Below are positions 10,577 to 22,959 of a stretch of DNA of 53,053 nucleotides, piece by piece (within the stretch, counting starts at the first letter, position 1; every line of letters starts with the position of its first letter). The stretch is from Spongospora subterranea f. sp. subterranea (Eukaryota). The notes beneath the pieces are model-generated. The model was given only the letters and a program-made list of their open reading frames with translations, was not told where the DNA came from and did no database searches. Location of the stretch: assembly GCA_049724395.1 (NCBI GenBank), contig JAUGWO010000029.1:1-53053 (forward strand), given 5' to 3'. The translations under genes and the position numbers were made by a program.

Positions 10577-12886
10577 TTATGATTTAAATATTGCAATTGG
10601 GAATGATTTGGTTCTGGTTGGCCATAACGGTGTCAACGAGGCAAATTTGCAACTGGGAATCGCTAATCCGTCAATACAAGCAGTGAATTTGGTGTCGGGT
10701 GGCGCCGAGCAGACGAACTTGGTAATGACTTCACTCCTCTCGTTCGGATGAGTGTGTGGGCCTGACCGTTTCGGGCTGTACGCACCTAGACGCTGGAGGA
10801 ATTTGTTCTTGTCCTTGGGAAGCATTCTGATGACCATGAATAGGGACTCATCGGTGAGCGTTGGGAACGACGAAGAAACCGCTGCTTGTTGGGATATTTG
10901 GACAGGGTCGGGGGAGCTGAGGTCAGGATCTTGAATGATGGAAACGGCGCCTGGGTCGTCGGAGCCGGTGTCAAAGGCAGCCAGACCTGCGGCAAGATCA
11001 AGGCGAACCACACGTAATGACGACACACCAGTCTTCACGATGAATTTATCCACCTTCCCCGTTTTTTTGTCTTGGGCCCAGTATTCGATGACCACAGTCT
11101 TGGGCTGCCTAACACCAGGGAACATGGAGCCCATTGCCTGTTGGAATTGCTGATGAGGTGGCGGCGGTTCGGTAAAATCTTCGGGTTCGATAATGGAGAA
11201 ATCCCTGATAACTGGTATCGAGACGCCAACTCCTGAGATCTGTGGATCATCGCAATCTTCAATCTCCAGGATTGCCTCCGCAATTGGTAGCCGGATCATA
11301 GCATCCGCTTTCAACATGTATCTGGATATGCTCTCCTCAACTTGACGCGCCACTGGTTCGATCAGAGCCGTTCGCCCATCCAGCGCCGACTCCCACAATG
11401 TGGAACGGAACAGAGCTAGATACTGGGGATCGGTCAACGAGATGCGCTCAGACACGGTGTGGTCAGAAGCGGACGCGACGCTGTAGTTCAATGGGATTAC
11501 GTAGAAGCGCAAACCGAGCCAGCTTCGAGGCTCACGCGACATCAGTTGAACAAATGGACGTAATATCATGCTAATGCTGGCGTCGTCACCAGCAATGCCG
11601 ATGCGGAGACGATCGCCAGGAGAAGCAGTAGACTGACATTTTTCCTTGAACGAAGTTGTGATACCAGCAAACAACGTTTCGGCTTCGTGACAGCTACCAA
11701 AGAATAATAGGCGTTGCGCAGATAGCACAGATTTAACTGAGGCTCGCCCACTCCATTCGAGAATTTGCCGGGATTGTCGGGCATTACGATCAACGAGAAT
11801 GACGGTGTTGATAGGCTGAGCGGGATCGCTGGCAAAATACGACGACAAATTGGCAATCTGTGTTGCAATATCGGCATAGGCCGTCACGTAGAGCTCGGAA
11901 TCATCATCTTGAGGAGGATTGGTAAAGTCGCCGGGAAGAGAATTTACACTGAAATCATTGGTACGGAAATCATCCGACGGACGATACCTCTTATCCTCGC
12001 TGTTATTATCTTCATCTGACGTCGAGAACGATTTCCTTCTCAAATTGTTACGAAGCCTGTCGAACATCCTGGACCCACTTTGCCTCACAAGCTTTATCTT
12101 CGAGTAAAATGAGGGGCGTATCCTCAAAAAGGCATTAGCGCCATGCTTGCTGGCGAGACGAGTCTCGATGAGATCGGAGGGTTGATCGTGGTAGATGTTA
12201 CAGCTTCCAGAGTCCTCGGAAGATCCCGATGCGGTTGATACATCGTCATTATCGGCGTCAATTGCATTTTGCCCTGGATCCAGCACTGTATTGGCTGCAT
12301 TGTCAGGATCAAAGCGAACTGGCCCGTTCTCCGGCCGTGTGGTCCAGATAGTGGCTTCAAGAAAAGCAGCTATGCTCACTTTGTTCAAAAACAGCTGAAT
12401 AGGGGAGTTTTTGCCCCTGGGCATTTGCATTATTTGATCCAACGGCAAGTCAACTTTACAGTATAGGCGAAGGTTCCGTCCATCCTCTTTGCACCGGTGA
12501 ATCGACAGCTGCAATATATTGGTTGGTCCCTTCAACCTGTGAACATACGATATCGAAAACCAGAGATCAACAGGAATCTTAACGGCCGTCTCTGGGACAG
12601 GAACCGCTCCCGATATCAGCGCCGACTTGAACTTCTCTCCTCTGATACGGGCAGATATACAGACATGGCGGTATGTCTTTGATATCGCCTTAGATAATGA
12701 TATTGACGATATACGAATGTGGCACACTCGTGATATTCTGGGCCGCCTCGGGGATAAAAATGGGCCACGTAATAATGCAGCAGCGGTGGAACCGCCAGCA
12801 GCGACCTGAGCCTGATCGGCATGTGATACCATGCGCATGGACATGACCGGATTCACAACCTCTTCATTTGGAGATACATCTGCCAT
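10577..12886 (-). CDS. PACS: Phosphofurin acidic cluster sorting protein (PACS-1/2-like), intronless
   Basis: N-terminal cargo-binding-like region VDLWFSISYVHRLKGPTNILQLSIHR...LDQIMQMP and an acidic/Ser-rich middle. C-terminal RIGIAGDD..ISMILRPFVQLMSREPRSWLGLRFYVIPL and RLPIAEAIL match PACS motifs (KVAVAG..YLS.ILR.FVE.LS.K..DWL...RFL.IPLG; QLPIAEAML). Confidence 0.85.
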   Translation of the reverse strand: MADVSPNEEVVNPVMSMRMVSHADQAQVAAGGSTAAALLRGPFLSPRRPRISRVCHIRISSISLSKAISKTYRHVCISARIRGEKFKSALISGAVPVPETAVKIPVDLWFSISYVHRLKGPTNILQLSIHRCKEDGRNLRLYCKVDLPLDQIMQMPRGKNSPIQLFLNKVSIAAFLEATIWTTRPENGPVRFDPDNAANTVLDPGQNAIDADNDDVSTASGSSEDSGSCNIYHDQPSDLIETRLASKHGANAFLRIRPSFYSKIKLVRQSGSRMFDRLRNNLRRKSFSTSDEDNNSEDKRYRPSDDFRTNDFSVNSLPGDFTNPPQDDDSELYVTAYADIATQIANLSSYFASDPAQPINTVILVDRNARQSRQILEWSGRASVKSVLSAQRLLFFGSCHEAETLFAGITTSFKEKCQSTASPGDRLRIGIAGDDASISMILRPFVQLMSREPRSWLGLRFYVIPLNYSVASASDHTVSERISLTDPQYLALFRSTLWESALDGRTALIEPVARQVEESISRYMLKADAMIRLPIAEAILEIEDCDDPQISGVGVSIPVIRDFSIIEPEDFTEPPPPHQQFQQAMGSMFPGVRQPKTVVIEYWAQDKKTGKVDKFIVKTGVSSLRVVRLDLAAGLAAFDTGSDDPGAVSIIQDPDLSSPDPVQISQQAAVSSSFPTLTDESLFMVIRMLPKDKNKFLQRLGAYSPKRSGPHTHPNERSEVITKFVCSAPPDTKFTACIDGLAIPSCKFASLTPLWPTRTKSFPIAIFKS

Positions 12887-14548
12887 GACGTCGCGTCCTC
12901 CGTCCCTTCGAGCTAACCGGCTTTAAAAATAGCTCTAATGAGGAATGCCGGTCGTGGGATTGGGTGTGCGTGGGCGTCAAACGCCTCCTTCCGGATGGAG
13001 CAGATGACGCTATCCACCGTTAGACGCCCTCAGCTCTGAACTGAACCGCATTAATGATGTGGCCCACACACACACACAATACACCAACCTGGGGTCACGG
13101 TAGAAACAACACGATACCACTCTGGAAGGGGGAGAGGGAATGGCTGGAGGGCGCCAATGCGCAGCCCTCGCACCTCTCCAGCTTCCCACAACCGACGAAA
13201 GTCGCAATCCGACCATCAAACGTGCTAGGTATACCTGTAGATAGATTATGGCAGCGTGAACAGATCATCTCGAACTCCGACAAAGGGATCGATGGCGTGG
13301 TCCCGGAGTCGACTCTTATTCTAAAGAAGTTTCGAGATAAACGGATATGGCAACTTGTCCCATGCTCCAGAATGAAGGAGAGTTCAGTTTTCACAAATAA
13401 GGACCGTTTTTTTACTTGATCGTGTCGAATGTCTCAAATTCTCCTAAATTCCCATTATATGTGTGACCTCCATGGATTCTCTTATCTCAAAAGCTATGAC
13501 CCCTTTCTCTCCAGCGTACCGGGAACGGGATGGAGATATATCGCCTCGGCATTTCCTCACCATCGAACACCTTCTTTGCAACGGAAAATAAACTCGTCAA
13601 TTGTGATCTGATGAAACTCATGCTTTCGATGGGATGTCGCTCTCTGCGACAACTGTTTGATGGTTTTTGTTGATTGTGAATAGCTGGCACACAAGAGAGT
13701 GCAATTTTGTCGCGTAGTCATCAGACTGATAACCTTGTTTTCATCAGACTGAAACAGGTCTTCAACTATTGATGTTGCACTAATGATGACAACTGATTGA
13801 TCATTTGACGCAATCAATGGGTTCAGTTAACGGAAGGAATAATAAATAATAAGCTTTCGATAATTAAGTGTTTATCGCGTCATTTCCAAGATTTGATATA
13901 ATCGGCGTAGGCAATAAAGAATGGGATGATCAACAACAAGCAGTTTCAATCGTGAATAACAAGTTGAACTGCATTTCGAAAAGCTGCTACATAGACGCTT
14001 GTAGCAATAGTAAGTTATTTTTAAGATATTCCGGTGCATGTAAGCATAAAAAAACCTGTGAAATAATAAAACTAGAAATCCGAAGCCAGCTGAGGTGAAA
14101 CATCCGAATAATTTGGCGCAACGACAAAATTCCAATGTGCCCAGGAAAGATATGACATGACTCTGGAGAGTTGTCGATACTCTGAGAATTCGATGTCCAG
14201 ATAGACTAAATCAAATCGCCTCCATCTACTGTACCATCTCTGCTAAATACGCTGGTAGAATGAGCCGGATATTCATAGCCGACGCGACCCCTTTCACTTC
14301 ACATGTCTATGCTCTCCGCATGCGATTGTGACCCATCGGGTTTCCCAACATTTTGCCCGTGACGCTATATATACACAGGTGTTACGGCCTCCGTCACAGT
14401 CCCAGGTTCTACTCACCACCAAACTTCGTCACGATTCGTCATTTCACTGTGTTCTTCGTCGTTTACACCCAGAGGGCACGATAACCAGCAAAACTGTGTA
14501 AAGCTGAACTCGCCTCTTGCCCTGAATTTTTTGTCGCGAATCGCGCGC

Positions 14549-15785
14549 ATGTTTATTCAAGGGACACCATCGTCTCTCACGGCTCTCAGATCAAACGAGA
14601 TTATTCAACCCCCAAATGAAGAATGTGATTCCTATCTTAATGCAGCTAGATCCGAACGACTACGCTTACTGCTTAGCGTAGTTGATGCTCGCAATCGAAC
14701 TCAAGAAATAATTATAGACGTGGTTCATGTCGCCACCGCTGCGGCACTTCATGCAGCGTCAATGTACGTTTTGGGCGTCCATGCTGATTACATGGGGATC
14801 ATATTTTTTGCTCGTATGTTTAGGTTAGGTGAGATGGTGTATAAAGCGTGCTTACAAATACACTGTATGTTTGAATCAACCGCTCAAGAGCTATCTATTA
14901 GATCGGATAGAGCTGCAAAACTATACAGATTAATGGGAAGCTCAAATCAAGGTCAAGAAGAGATATCGCCAGCGAACGTACAAAAGTTTGCAGCTCTTGA
15001 AGTTGAGCTTCAGATGCTGAAGCAGCAAATGGCAATGCTAATGCAGGGTCAACCGGTTTCAGGTATGGTTCCTCCTGCCCCGGCCTGCCCTCCTTCAACA
15101 TGTTCGTCCATTCCTAATGCTCCGAGTCTGCCTGATCGTTCTTTATCGTTCTTAGACGAGTTAATATGCTCTGGTAAATGGTTTTTGATCTGTGCGCGGA
15201 ACTGCTAACATTTTTCGCAGACATCTCATCGGACGAGGATGAATACAGTAGTAGATCAGTATCATTTCGGAACCAGCAGAAGGTTCCCGGAAAAGGTTCC
15301 TCAATTCTCCCGAAGTCTGCTTCGCTGAAGGCAGAGCATTCCAGGCAAGACCATATGTCATTTGCCGACCAGATTCAAGAGCGGAACCGGACAGGCTTAC
15401 GAAAAACTCAAATCGACAGGTGTTGTTCGTCCACATTGCATTATTTCATCTCCTTCCTTAAAACTTTTTGTTAGGTCACCTGGAGGGACCCCAATGAAGC
15501 GTGTGGCTGTTTCCGGCGACGAACACTTTCATAAAGAGATATTGGCAAATGCATTGTTTAAAAAATTCCAGGTTAGAATTTTGTTTTTTTGCGCTCCGAA
15601 TACTTATATGTGGTCCCTCTTTTCAGAATGTTCGTGCTGATGAATCCCCTCAGCGAATGCGCAATCAAGCTGTATGTAAAGCTCAACCTCACAGAAGTGG
15701 TTCACGTCCTTCTGGTTTAGCGTCTATTATTGGCGAAGAGGATGTTCTGGAATCGGAATGGGATGATAAAGAGAACTTTCTATAA
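14549..15785 (+). CDS. Mitochondrial fission regulator (MTFR1/2) / PRR11-like protein, spliced
   Basis: Coiled coil QKFAALEVELQMLKQQMA followed by a Pro-rich tract, then spliced LRKTQIDRSPGGTPMKR...EILANALFKKFQ. Likely introns ~15174-15220, 15420-15475 and 15572-15627. Start codon uncertain. Confidence 0.65.
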
Positions 15786-16265
15786 CAGCGTTTTGATAGT
15801 GTCAACCAATGTGTTTATCGTCAACATCAATGCCGCTTGAAAGCGTGAAAACAGTGTGAAAAAAAAACAGTGTAAAAATGTCATTCAAAGTCTAATAGAA
15901 TTAAGAGGATGAAGTCGATAAACAAAGAAGGCAGAATGGCTTCTGTACGATTATCGCAATGATGCATGTTGGAAACCGTAACGATCAATAAACATCACAT
16001 TGAATGTGTTCTTCTTTTCCAATTCCAGAAAGATGTGGACTGATTGTTCTGGATGACTGCTGGACATATTGATGGTTTTCCCCGTGTTGGCCAATAACCA
16101 GATAGGGCCGCAGTTGGTAGTGGGCCTGTCTCACACACAGGCAGGTGGTGCCTGTTCCTGTTGTACACCCGCCCGCCCGAGTTACGACCACATTATTGCG
16201 CTGCGATTCTGGGGACCGATCACAGGTCCCAACCATTAACCAGATTACGAAACCAATCTCTGACA

Positions 16266-17219
16266 ATGCAGGCCTTGCAAAGGATCCAGAAGGTCCAATA
16301 CCCCCCATAACCCTTCCACTCCCGCCAGGGCCTGTCGCTAATATTCCGCCGTTGTTCCAGGAATTCAAAGAGATCGTCGAAAGCACAGGCCTTGATAAGG
16401 CGGGTATTGATGCCGTGCTAGTCGATGATGATCTCCAGCATTGGGCAGGTTATTTCGCCCAACCCTTTTCACGATATAGTTTTGATATCGATAATCGATT
16501 ATGATTATAGGCAGGATCACCGGGCCCGTAGATACGCCATATGAAGGAGGTATTTTCCATGTTGATATCCAGATTCCGAAGAAATATCCATTTGTTCCTC
16601 CCGTTATGAAATTTACAACGAGAATATGGCGTACGAACTCGTTGTATTTTTTGTGGAGGCTGTTTCATGATTTGCTTACTTAGATCCTAACGTTAGCAGT
16701 CAAACTGGAGCAATTTGCCTTGATAGTACGTTGTTAAACACTTGTTTTTGTATTTCACTCAATCCGCAATTATAGTTTTAAAGAATGAATGGAGTCCTGC
16801 TTTGACGATTCGAACAGGTGAGTTCCAGCCTTACTTGTGCTTTCACAGTGCATTTAATCATGTGCGAAGCCCTTCTTTCCCTGCAAGCATTACTATCGTG
16901 TCCGGAGCCGGATGACCCACAAGATGCTCAAGTTGCTAAACAGTATAAAGTTAACAGATGTGCTTTCAACGAGACAGCGGTTCAATGGACAAAACAACAT
17001 GTATGAGCATAAAACATCTCGCTCGATGCTTATGATAACTCACATCATTTTCAGGCTGGTGGATTGGGTAAACCGTTTGTCAGTAAAGAAGAAGAGACTG
17101 CCATCCGTGCAATTACCGAGATGGGCTTTCCCGAGGATAAAGTACGAAATGCATTACAAAAACATCAATGGGATCAGCATCTTGCTATTGAGTACTTATT
17201 CCTGACGTCAGAGAACTAG
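16266..17219 (+). CDS. UBE2K: Ubiquitin-conjugating enzyme E2-25K/UBC1 with C-terminal UBA domain, ~7 exons
   Basis: Spliced MQALQRIQKEF...GPVDTPYEGGIF...YPFVPP...HPNVSSQTGAICLD.LKNEWSPALTIRT..LSLQALLSCPEPDDPQDA, followed by UBA EMGFPEDKVRNAL. Confidence 0.95.
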
Positions 17220-17959
17220 CTTAATAATACAATCTCAATGATTCATATTGCTATCACTGTTCAATATTCGCAGATGGACATTTTTATTGATCAATGTAAA
17301 GCAACAAAGCTTCTAGTGATGATTGGGCTTGGATGCCATATCTTTAGAAGCAGCCTTATGGACGCCTTTATAATGGAAATTCAAGTACGTCTGTCGAAAA
17401 GCACCATAGAAAACTCCTAGTCCTGAAAATTACAGAACTAAGAAAGCTGAATTTGTCCATTAATCACATAAAGTCTAACCAACAGCGGCGACACGGCCGA
17501 CCAACACCAAATTCGAAGTGGGAGCGGCAACCATGCTGGCGATAACAAAATACTGCTGTATAATTCACGCAATGTGATTGAGAAGAATGGGCGTGTGGAG
17601 GAACCTGTTTCCGTCCAGGGGAAATGGCCGAGACGCGGTCGACGATATGTGATATGGAGATAACACGCACTACAGTATATGTGACCAAACGACCGCACTA
17701 CCAAGTCAATCAATCAATGAATCTCCCCATCAGATACCATTACAACCAGGGAATATCGAAACTGACCAGCCTGCTCAGTGCCGACTTTGAGAATAATGGA
17801 TTTATTGAAAAACCAGTGTGTAAATATTGGTGGAATTAGCAAAATTTTGATTTTCGAGCTAGTTGTTATAAAATGTCCAAAAATCGCCATATATGTATAT
17901 AGTAAGTTGAATTTATTGTTCCGCGGATGTCATTTATGCAATACAGGAGATATAGTGAC

Positions 17960-18585
17960 TTATGATGTCAACGCCCTATGAGGTAGAACGGTTAGATCAT
18001 TGTGAAACTGAATGGGCGACATTGCTAAGAGTCTTACATGATGGCATTGACAATGTCACCGTCGTGCTTACGAAGCGCTTTGACAGCCTTAGAACGGTTT
18101 ACGTCGGCCTGGTTCATGACCATTTCGATATCGTTCTCCTCAAGGCCGGCGGCATCAACGTCGGCGTTGTCTTCTACTTCATCGACCAATTCAACTGATG
18201 GCTGTGCTTCATCAACCATGGCATCTTCTGCCGGAGCCTGCTGCTTGAACTGCTTGGCAGCTTGTGCCTGAGCCTTCTGGGATAGGTCCTCGATTTTCGC
18301 CTCACCGAATATGATATAGGTATCGCTGGCCGGGCTCTTGAACACATCCGGCTTGCTGATCACGAACACGATGTTCTTCGACTTCTTGATCGTGACCCGG
18401 TTGACACCGACGATCGACTTCATGCCGAGCTTCTGGATCGCCTTTCGTGCCTTCTTCTCGGCACGGTTTTGGACCTTACCATCGGCACCTACGACAGGCT
18501 CCTCGTCATGATCAGAGTGGTCATGAACGTCAACTTCGGAATCGGAGGCGTCGATTTCGACAGCGCGCTCATCAACAGCAGCCAT
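17960..18585 (-). CDS. NACA: Nascent polypeptide-associated complex alpha subunit
   Basis: [16 protein letters not shown]...[28 protein letters not shown] plus a UBA-like end [20 protein letters not shown]...DIVNAIM. A short intron (GTAAGA...CATAG) adds the terminal ALTS*. Confidence 0.96.
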
Positions 18586-19306
18586 TTCACCGAGCTAGGT
18601 TTGTAGAGGGAATAGATTGGCGATATACTGTCGATATAGCGATTATCCAGGAGGGAGGCGTCGGTCGGTGGTTGGTAGCGCCAATGCGCAGTTTAATGCG
18701 GACCCCGTGGCGGACTAATCGATACTACCGATATACTGTCGTCCCCGCATGAAGCGGGTATCTTTGGACGTCAACATATTTACCTGCTGATGGCAGTAAT
18801 TCACAATCGGAACTAATGGTGCAGCTTATGACTGTCAACGCGACTGTTGAATCGATCATTTTCACACTATATTTTGTTTGTAATGGTCTTTGGTTATTTC
18901 ACAGGTTTTCGGCTGGACACGTACTGCTCCCTCTTTAGCGTCGCGCTCTCTTTCGCCGTCATTACCTTTACTACAACCGAATCACGGAAGATGGCCCCGT
19001 GATCAGCCGTAAATCATCGGAAAACCCCAAAGAGATGATCATCTCACACGCACTATACTGTGAATGGGAAGAACCATTTTAGGTCATCATTGTTGAATTA
19101 AACAAAGAACCTTATGTCCAACTTGCATCATTCTTTTTCCACTTTATTGTGAACAAGTTGAGGTTGACGCGCCATATCTATAGAAACTGAATCACATTCT
19201 CTCATCATTCACCGTTTATTGCGACCATGTTCTCGCCCAATTGCATTTGCTCATTCAGATGTTGCCGACTTGGCGTCAGATATGGCGACTGGCTACAGTA
19301 CCAATC

Positions 19307-19516
19307 GGACCAGTTTGCGCGGCCGCCCTGTGTATACACCATGTTTAGTCATCAAGACAGTGTCCACTAAGGACCAGTCTGCGCGGCCGCCCTGTGTATA
19401 CACCGTGTACTACATGAAGACAGTGTTTACTACTCCTAAGAACCAGACAAGTCTGCGCAGCCGCCCTGTGTATTCACCATGTGTACCTATGGTATATGAA
19501 GACAGTGTCTACTAAG
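19307..19516 (+). repeat. Three imperfect ~65-75-bp direct repeats just upstream of USP39
   Basis: The core (g)accagt.tgcgc.gccgccctgtgtat.cacc.tgt...aagacagtgt..act occurs at ~19307, ~19371 and ~19440. Confidence 0.85.
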
Positions 19517-19557
19517 GGCTGCTCTATTCTGTTACTGGCACTTCCATCATCGCCACA

Positions 19558-21815
19558 ATGACGGCGACAAAGCGGCTTGAGCCATTGGCACCGGATCAGG
19601 CAGCCCAGAAACCTGCCAAACGGGTCCGAAAAGACCAGGAAGTTCAACAGAATGGGCTGGTGACCGAGACGAACAAGGCGTCGGTTGAATCGTTTCCCCG
19701 TCAATACGATGGTCGCGCGATCGCGCTACAGTCAAATCTGGAGGAACATGCGGATGTGCAATTCGGGTATCATACCAACGATGCTGTGTCCGACGATGTC
19801 CCAGAACAATGTGGCCCAGAGTTTCAACCCGACGACGTCGCTCCCGTTATCGAATCATGCCCATATCTCGACACCATCAACAGACGTGTTCTGGATTTCG
19901 ATTTCGAGAAGCTGTGCTCGATATCGTTATCAACCCATAATATATATGGGTGTCTAGTCTGCGGTCGATACTATCAAGGTCGTGGAACTAAATCCCATGC
20001 ATATACCCATGCATTACACGATAACCACCACGTGTTCATCAATCTGAAATCCGCCAAAATCTACTGTCTTCCAGATGGGTAATCTCTGTTTGATCACTGT
20101 TCAATACCTTTCCGATTCTAATTTATTACACAGCTACGAAGTTCACGACGCATCTCTTGATGATATCAAGTTCAATCTTTTTCCAACAATGACACCGAAT
20201 CAGCTTGACGCATTGGAATCATCCGCCAAGTTCTCTCAAGTACGTCATTTCATTCAACACGTTTTCACTTCAATTGTAAAACTCTGCTGTAGGCGCTGGA
20301 TGGTGTGGATTATTTACCGGGTGTTATTGGATTAAACAACATCAAGCAGACCGATTGGCTGAACTCTGTTATGCAAGGACTTATGCGTTAGTACTCATCG
20401 CTTTATCGCCAATTCGGTCGTTGACATACTGCTACGATCTCATTTGTAGGAGTCCGTCCTTTGAGGGATTTCTTCATCGTTGCTGAAAACTATCAGCATT
20501 GCAACTCGCAGCTTGTTCAACGGTTTGGAGAGGTAAAGGCGTCCCGCATGCTTTCCGCTGCGTTTTCATACTTTTACAATAGTTAGCTAGAAAGTTTTGG
20601 AATCCTCGTTTGTATCGTGCACATGTATCGCCACATGAACTTCTGCAAGAAATTTCGTCGCTGTCCAACAAGAAATTCCGCATCGGTGTAGTCATTTGTA
20701 TCCCCATCTTTTGTCCTCTTTTAATCAAGTTTAACTGGCCCAGGTGTTCTTGCGGATCCGATTCAATTCATAGCCTGGTTTTTGAACATGATGCATCGAG
20801 GGCTAACAGAGCGGGTCGTGAACGGCAAAAAACTTCCTTCTCTGAAATCATCAATCATTACGGGTAAGGCGATGGCGTTGGTTCACCGAATTCATCGTGC
20901 TGATATATTTATGGGTCAGATGTTTTCCAAGGGGATGTTGAAGTGACCACTCTCAACCTGGGGGTTCGTGGTGCAGCGTCTTTAGACGCGAACAGGAACT
21001 CGCGAATGACCAATTTTTTGTTTCTCTCTCTGGAGTTGCCTGATTCGCCATTGTTCAAGGACACCGAGTCAGATCGCGAAATTATTCCCCAGGTTCCGCT
21101 CTTTGTGTTATTGCAGAAATTCGACGGTGTCACTTTTCAGGTAATGTCGCTGTTTTCATTTATTTCATGCTAACTCGGCTGATACAGAACCTCCCAAACG
21201 GTGAATCCCGGTTGCATAATCTTAAGCGCCTCCCGCGATATCTGATTCTGCATATAAAACGTTTTACGAAAAATAACTTCTTTATGGAGAAGAACAACAC
21301 CATCGTCAACTTCCCCATTACTAATTTAGATATGAAGGATTACTGTAATGTCGTAAACTCATTCAGATCATCAACGATTAACCGTAAACGTGTTCAGATT
21401 CATCAAGCGCCACCGCAAGCACACATCAGGAGACCCTCTCGACCAGGTAATCAACTCTCTTTCCATCGTCACGGGTTGCAGACGATTTCGCTCAATCGCC
21501 AGTAGATATAATCTCGTCGCCTCGATATGTCATGAAGGCGAGCTCACCGCAACCGGCAACACGATCGGCGCCAATCTGTCAGCCAACAAGAAATCGTCAG
21601 GTTGCTACCGAGCGCATGTCTGGAGTCGTAGCAATCGTCAATGGTTTGCTCGCTCGTATCACGCGTACCCGCCCATCGGTCCCTCAATCTTGCCACGCCC
21701 TAGGTACGATATCCAAGATTTACATGTTCAAGAAACAATGCCACAGCTGGTGGCACTATCAGAGAGCTATGTTCAGATCTGGGAGAGACAAGAACTTACA
21801 GAATCGTCCAGTTAA
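19558..21815 (+). CDS. USP39: U4/U6.U5 tri-snRNP-associated protein 2 (USP39/Sad1), multi-exon
   Basis: ZnF-UBP CPYLDTINRRVLDFDFEKLCSISLS..NIYGCLVCGRYYQGRG..SHAYTH. Also GLNNIKQTDWLN (no catalytic Cys), AHVSPHELLQ, IIPQVPL..LLQKFDG, KRFTKNNFFMEKN.TIVNFP and QDLHVQETMPQLVALSESYVQIWE. Confidence 0.96.
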
Positions 21816-21906
21816 CTGAAAAACAAAAGATGTCGATAAAATATTTTTATTCCACAGCAGATGTTGGGCGATGGATGGATGGCCTGCGACAGATGCACGG
21901 GCCAGA

Positions 21907-22366
21907 TTACTTGATCAGATCAGGGCACTTGCTATGGACTAAGGTTAACACCTCCTTAAAACAGTCCAGATCTGACAGGACAATGTGAATATTGGTGGAA
22001 AAGAAGGAAAATGACAGTTCATACTGAGATTATCGCCGAGATCAGAAGCGGTGTATGCGGTGATGGATCGATTGTGGTTCACTTTACCGACAACCTCGAT
22101 ATATTGCCTTCCCATTATGAAGTCGCCCGCGGTGCCCAGTTCTAACGGCACCATCAGCCCATCAGCCGACGTCATGGAGCACGCTCCGTTAGGTTGTTTT
22201 CCCTATGGTCGAGTCAATATCCGATCACAGCCGTGATGATCGTGGGGTTGTCATCGCCCACATTGAATTTGCCAATGAGGCGGACGGTTTCCCCGACGTA
22301 ATTGGCCATCATTGACCCTAATATACGGGTGGCAGGTTTACCGCCCATATTGGGTTTAACATCCAT
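21907..22366 (-). CDS. RPA3: Replication protein A 14-kDa subunit, 3 exons
   Basis: Spliced MDVKPNMGGKPATRILGSMMANYVGETVRLIGKFN/GKQPNGACSMTSADG...YIEVVGKVN...DLGDNL/NLDCFKEVLTLVHSKCPDLIK*, an RPA14 OB-fold pattern. Confidence 0.85.
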
Positions 22367-22959
22367 TACCAATTAGGGGAGGTCGGGAATTAGGGCAACA
22401 CGCTCGATCCAGGATGGCGATATTATTATTGGTACTGGAATGGCGCAACAGCCACGGGCACTGTAACGAACAACGGACGGGGCACGGCCTCTTCAGGACT
22501 CGCCGATAGGATTATCCGGTATTTGCAGTTGGGTCAATTGGTGCCACGACATGAATATCTTAGTTTACGACCGACCTGAACATCTGAACCCATAATGATA
22601 TCGCTTTCTGATCCCGAAATTAAATCAGCGTTTGGCGGTTTTGTATTATCGTGACCATCATCCAAGGACATTCCTCTGAGGGCTGGGTATTGTCACCTTT
22701 AACGATCATAATCCCTATTGTCGTTGTTCGGGTACTAATAACAACAGGTTGAACAGGTTTTACTGAATAATAGAGTGATATTGTAGCGGTTGTATTGGCT
22801 ACAGATCACTCTACAACCGACACCGTCCACAAAATCTTCCACATTCGTCCGTCCTCAAGTTCATGGGCGGCCGACGTCGTGTTGACCCGGAACGAAGGCG
22901 ACACCTACAGGTTCGCCCGTCGATTACCGTCGTCTGCAGATGCGTATCCGATGGCGCTG

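Noticed and set aside
13010..14300. Possible multi-exon gene on the minus strand
   Set aside because: There are several short ORFs, but I could not build a convincing spliced model or recognise a family.
18034..18036. NACA stop codon as given in the ORF track
   Set aside because: The TAA is part of a GTAAGA splice donor, and splicing restores the conserved ending IMALTS*.
20320..20370. USP39 lacking its catalytic Cys as a novel inactivation
   Set aside because: USP39/Sad1 is a known pseudo-deubiquitinase; this is the normal state.
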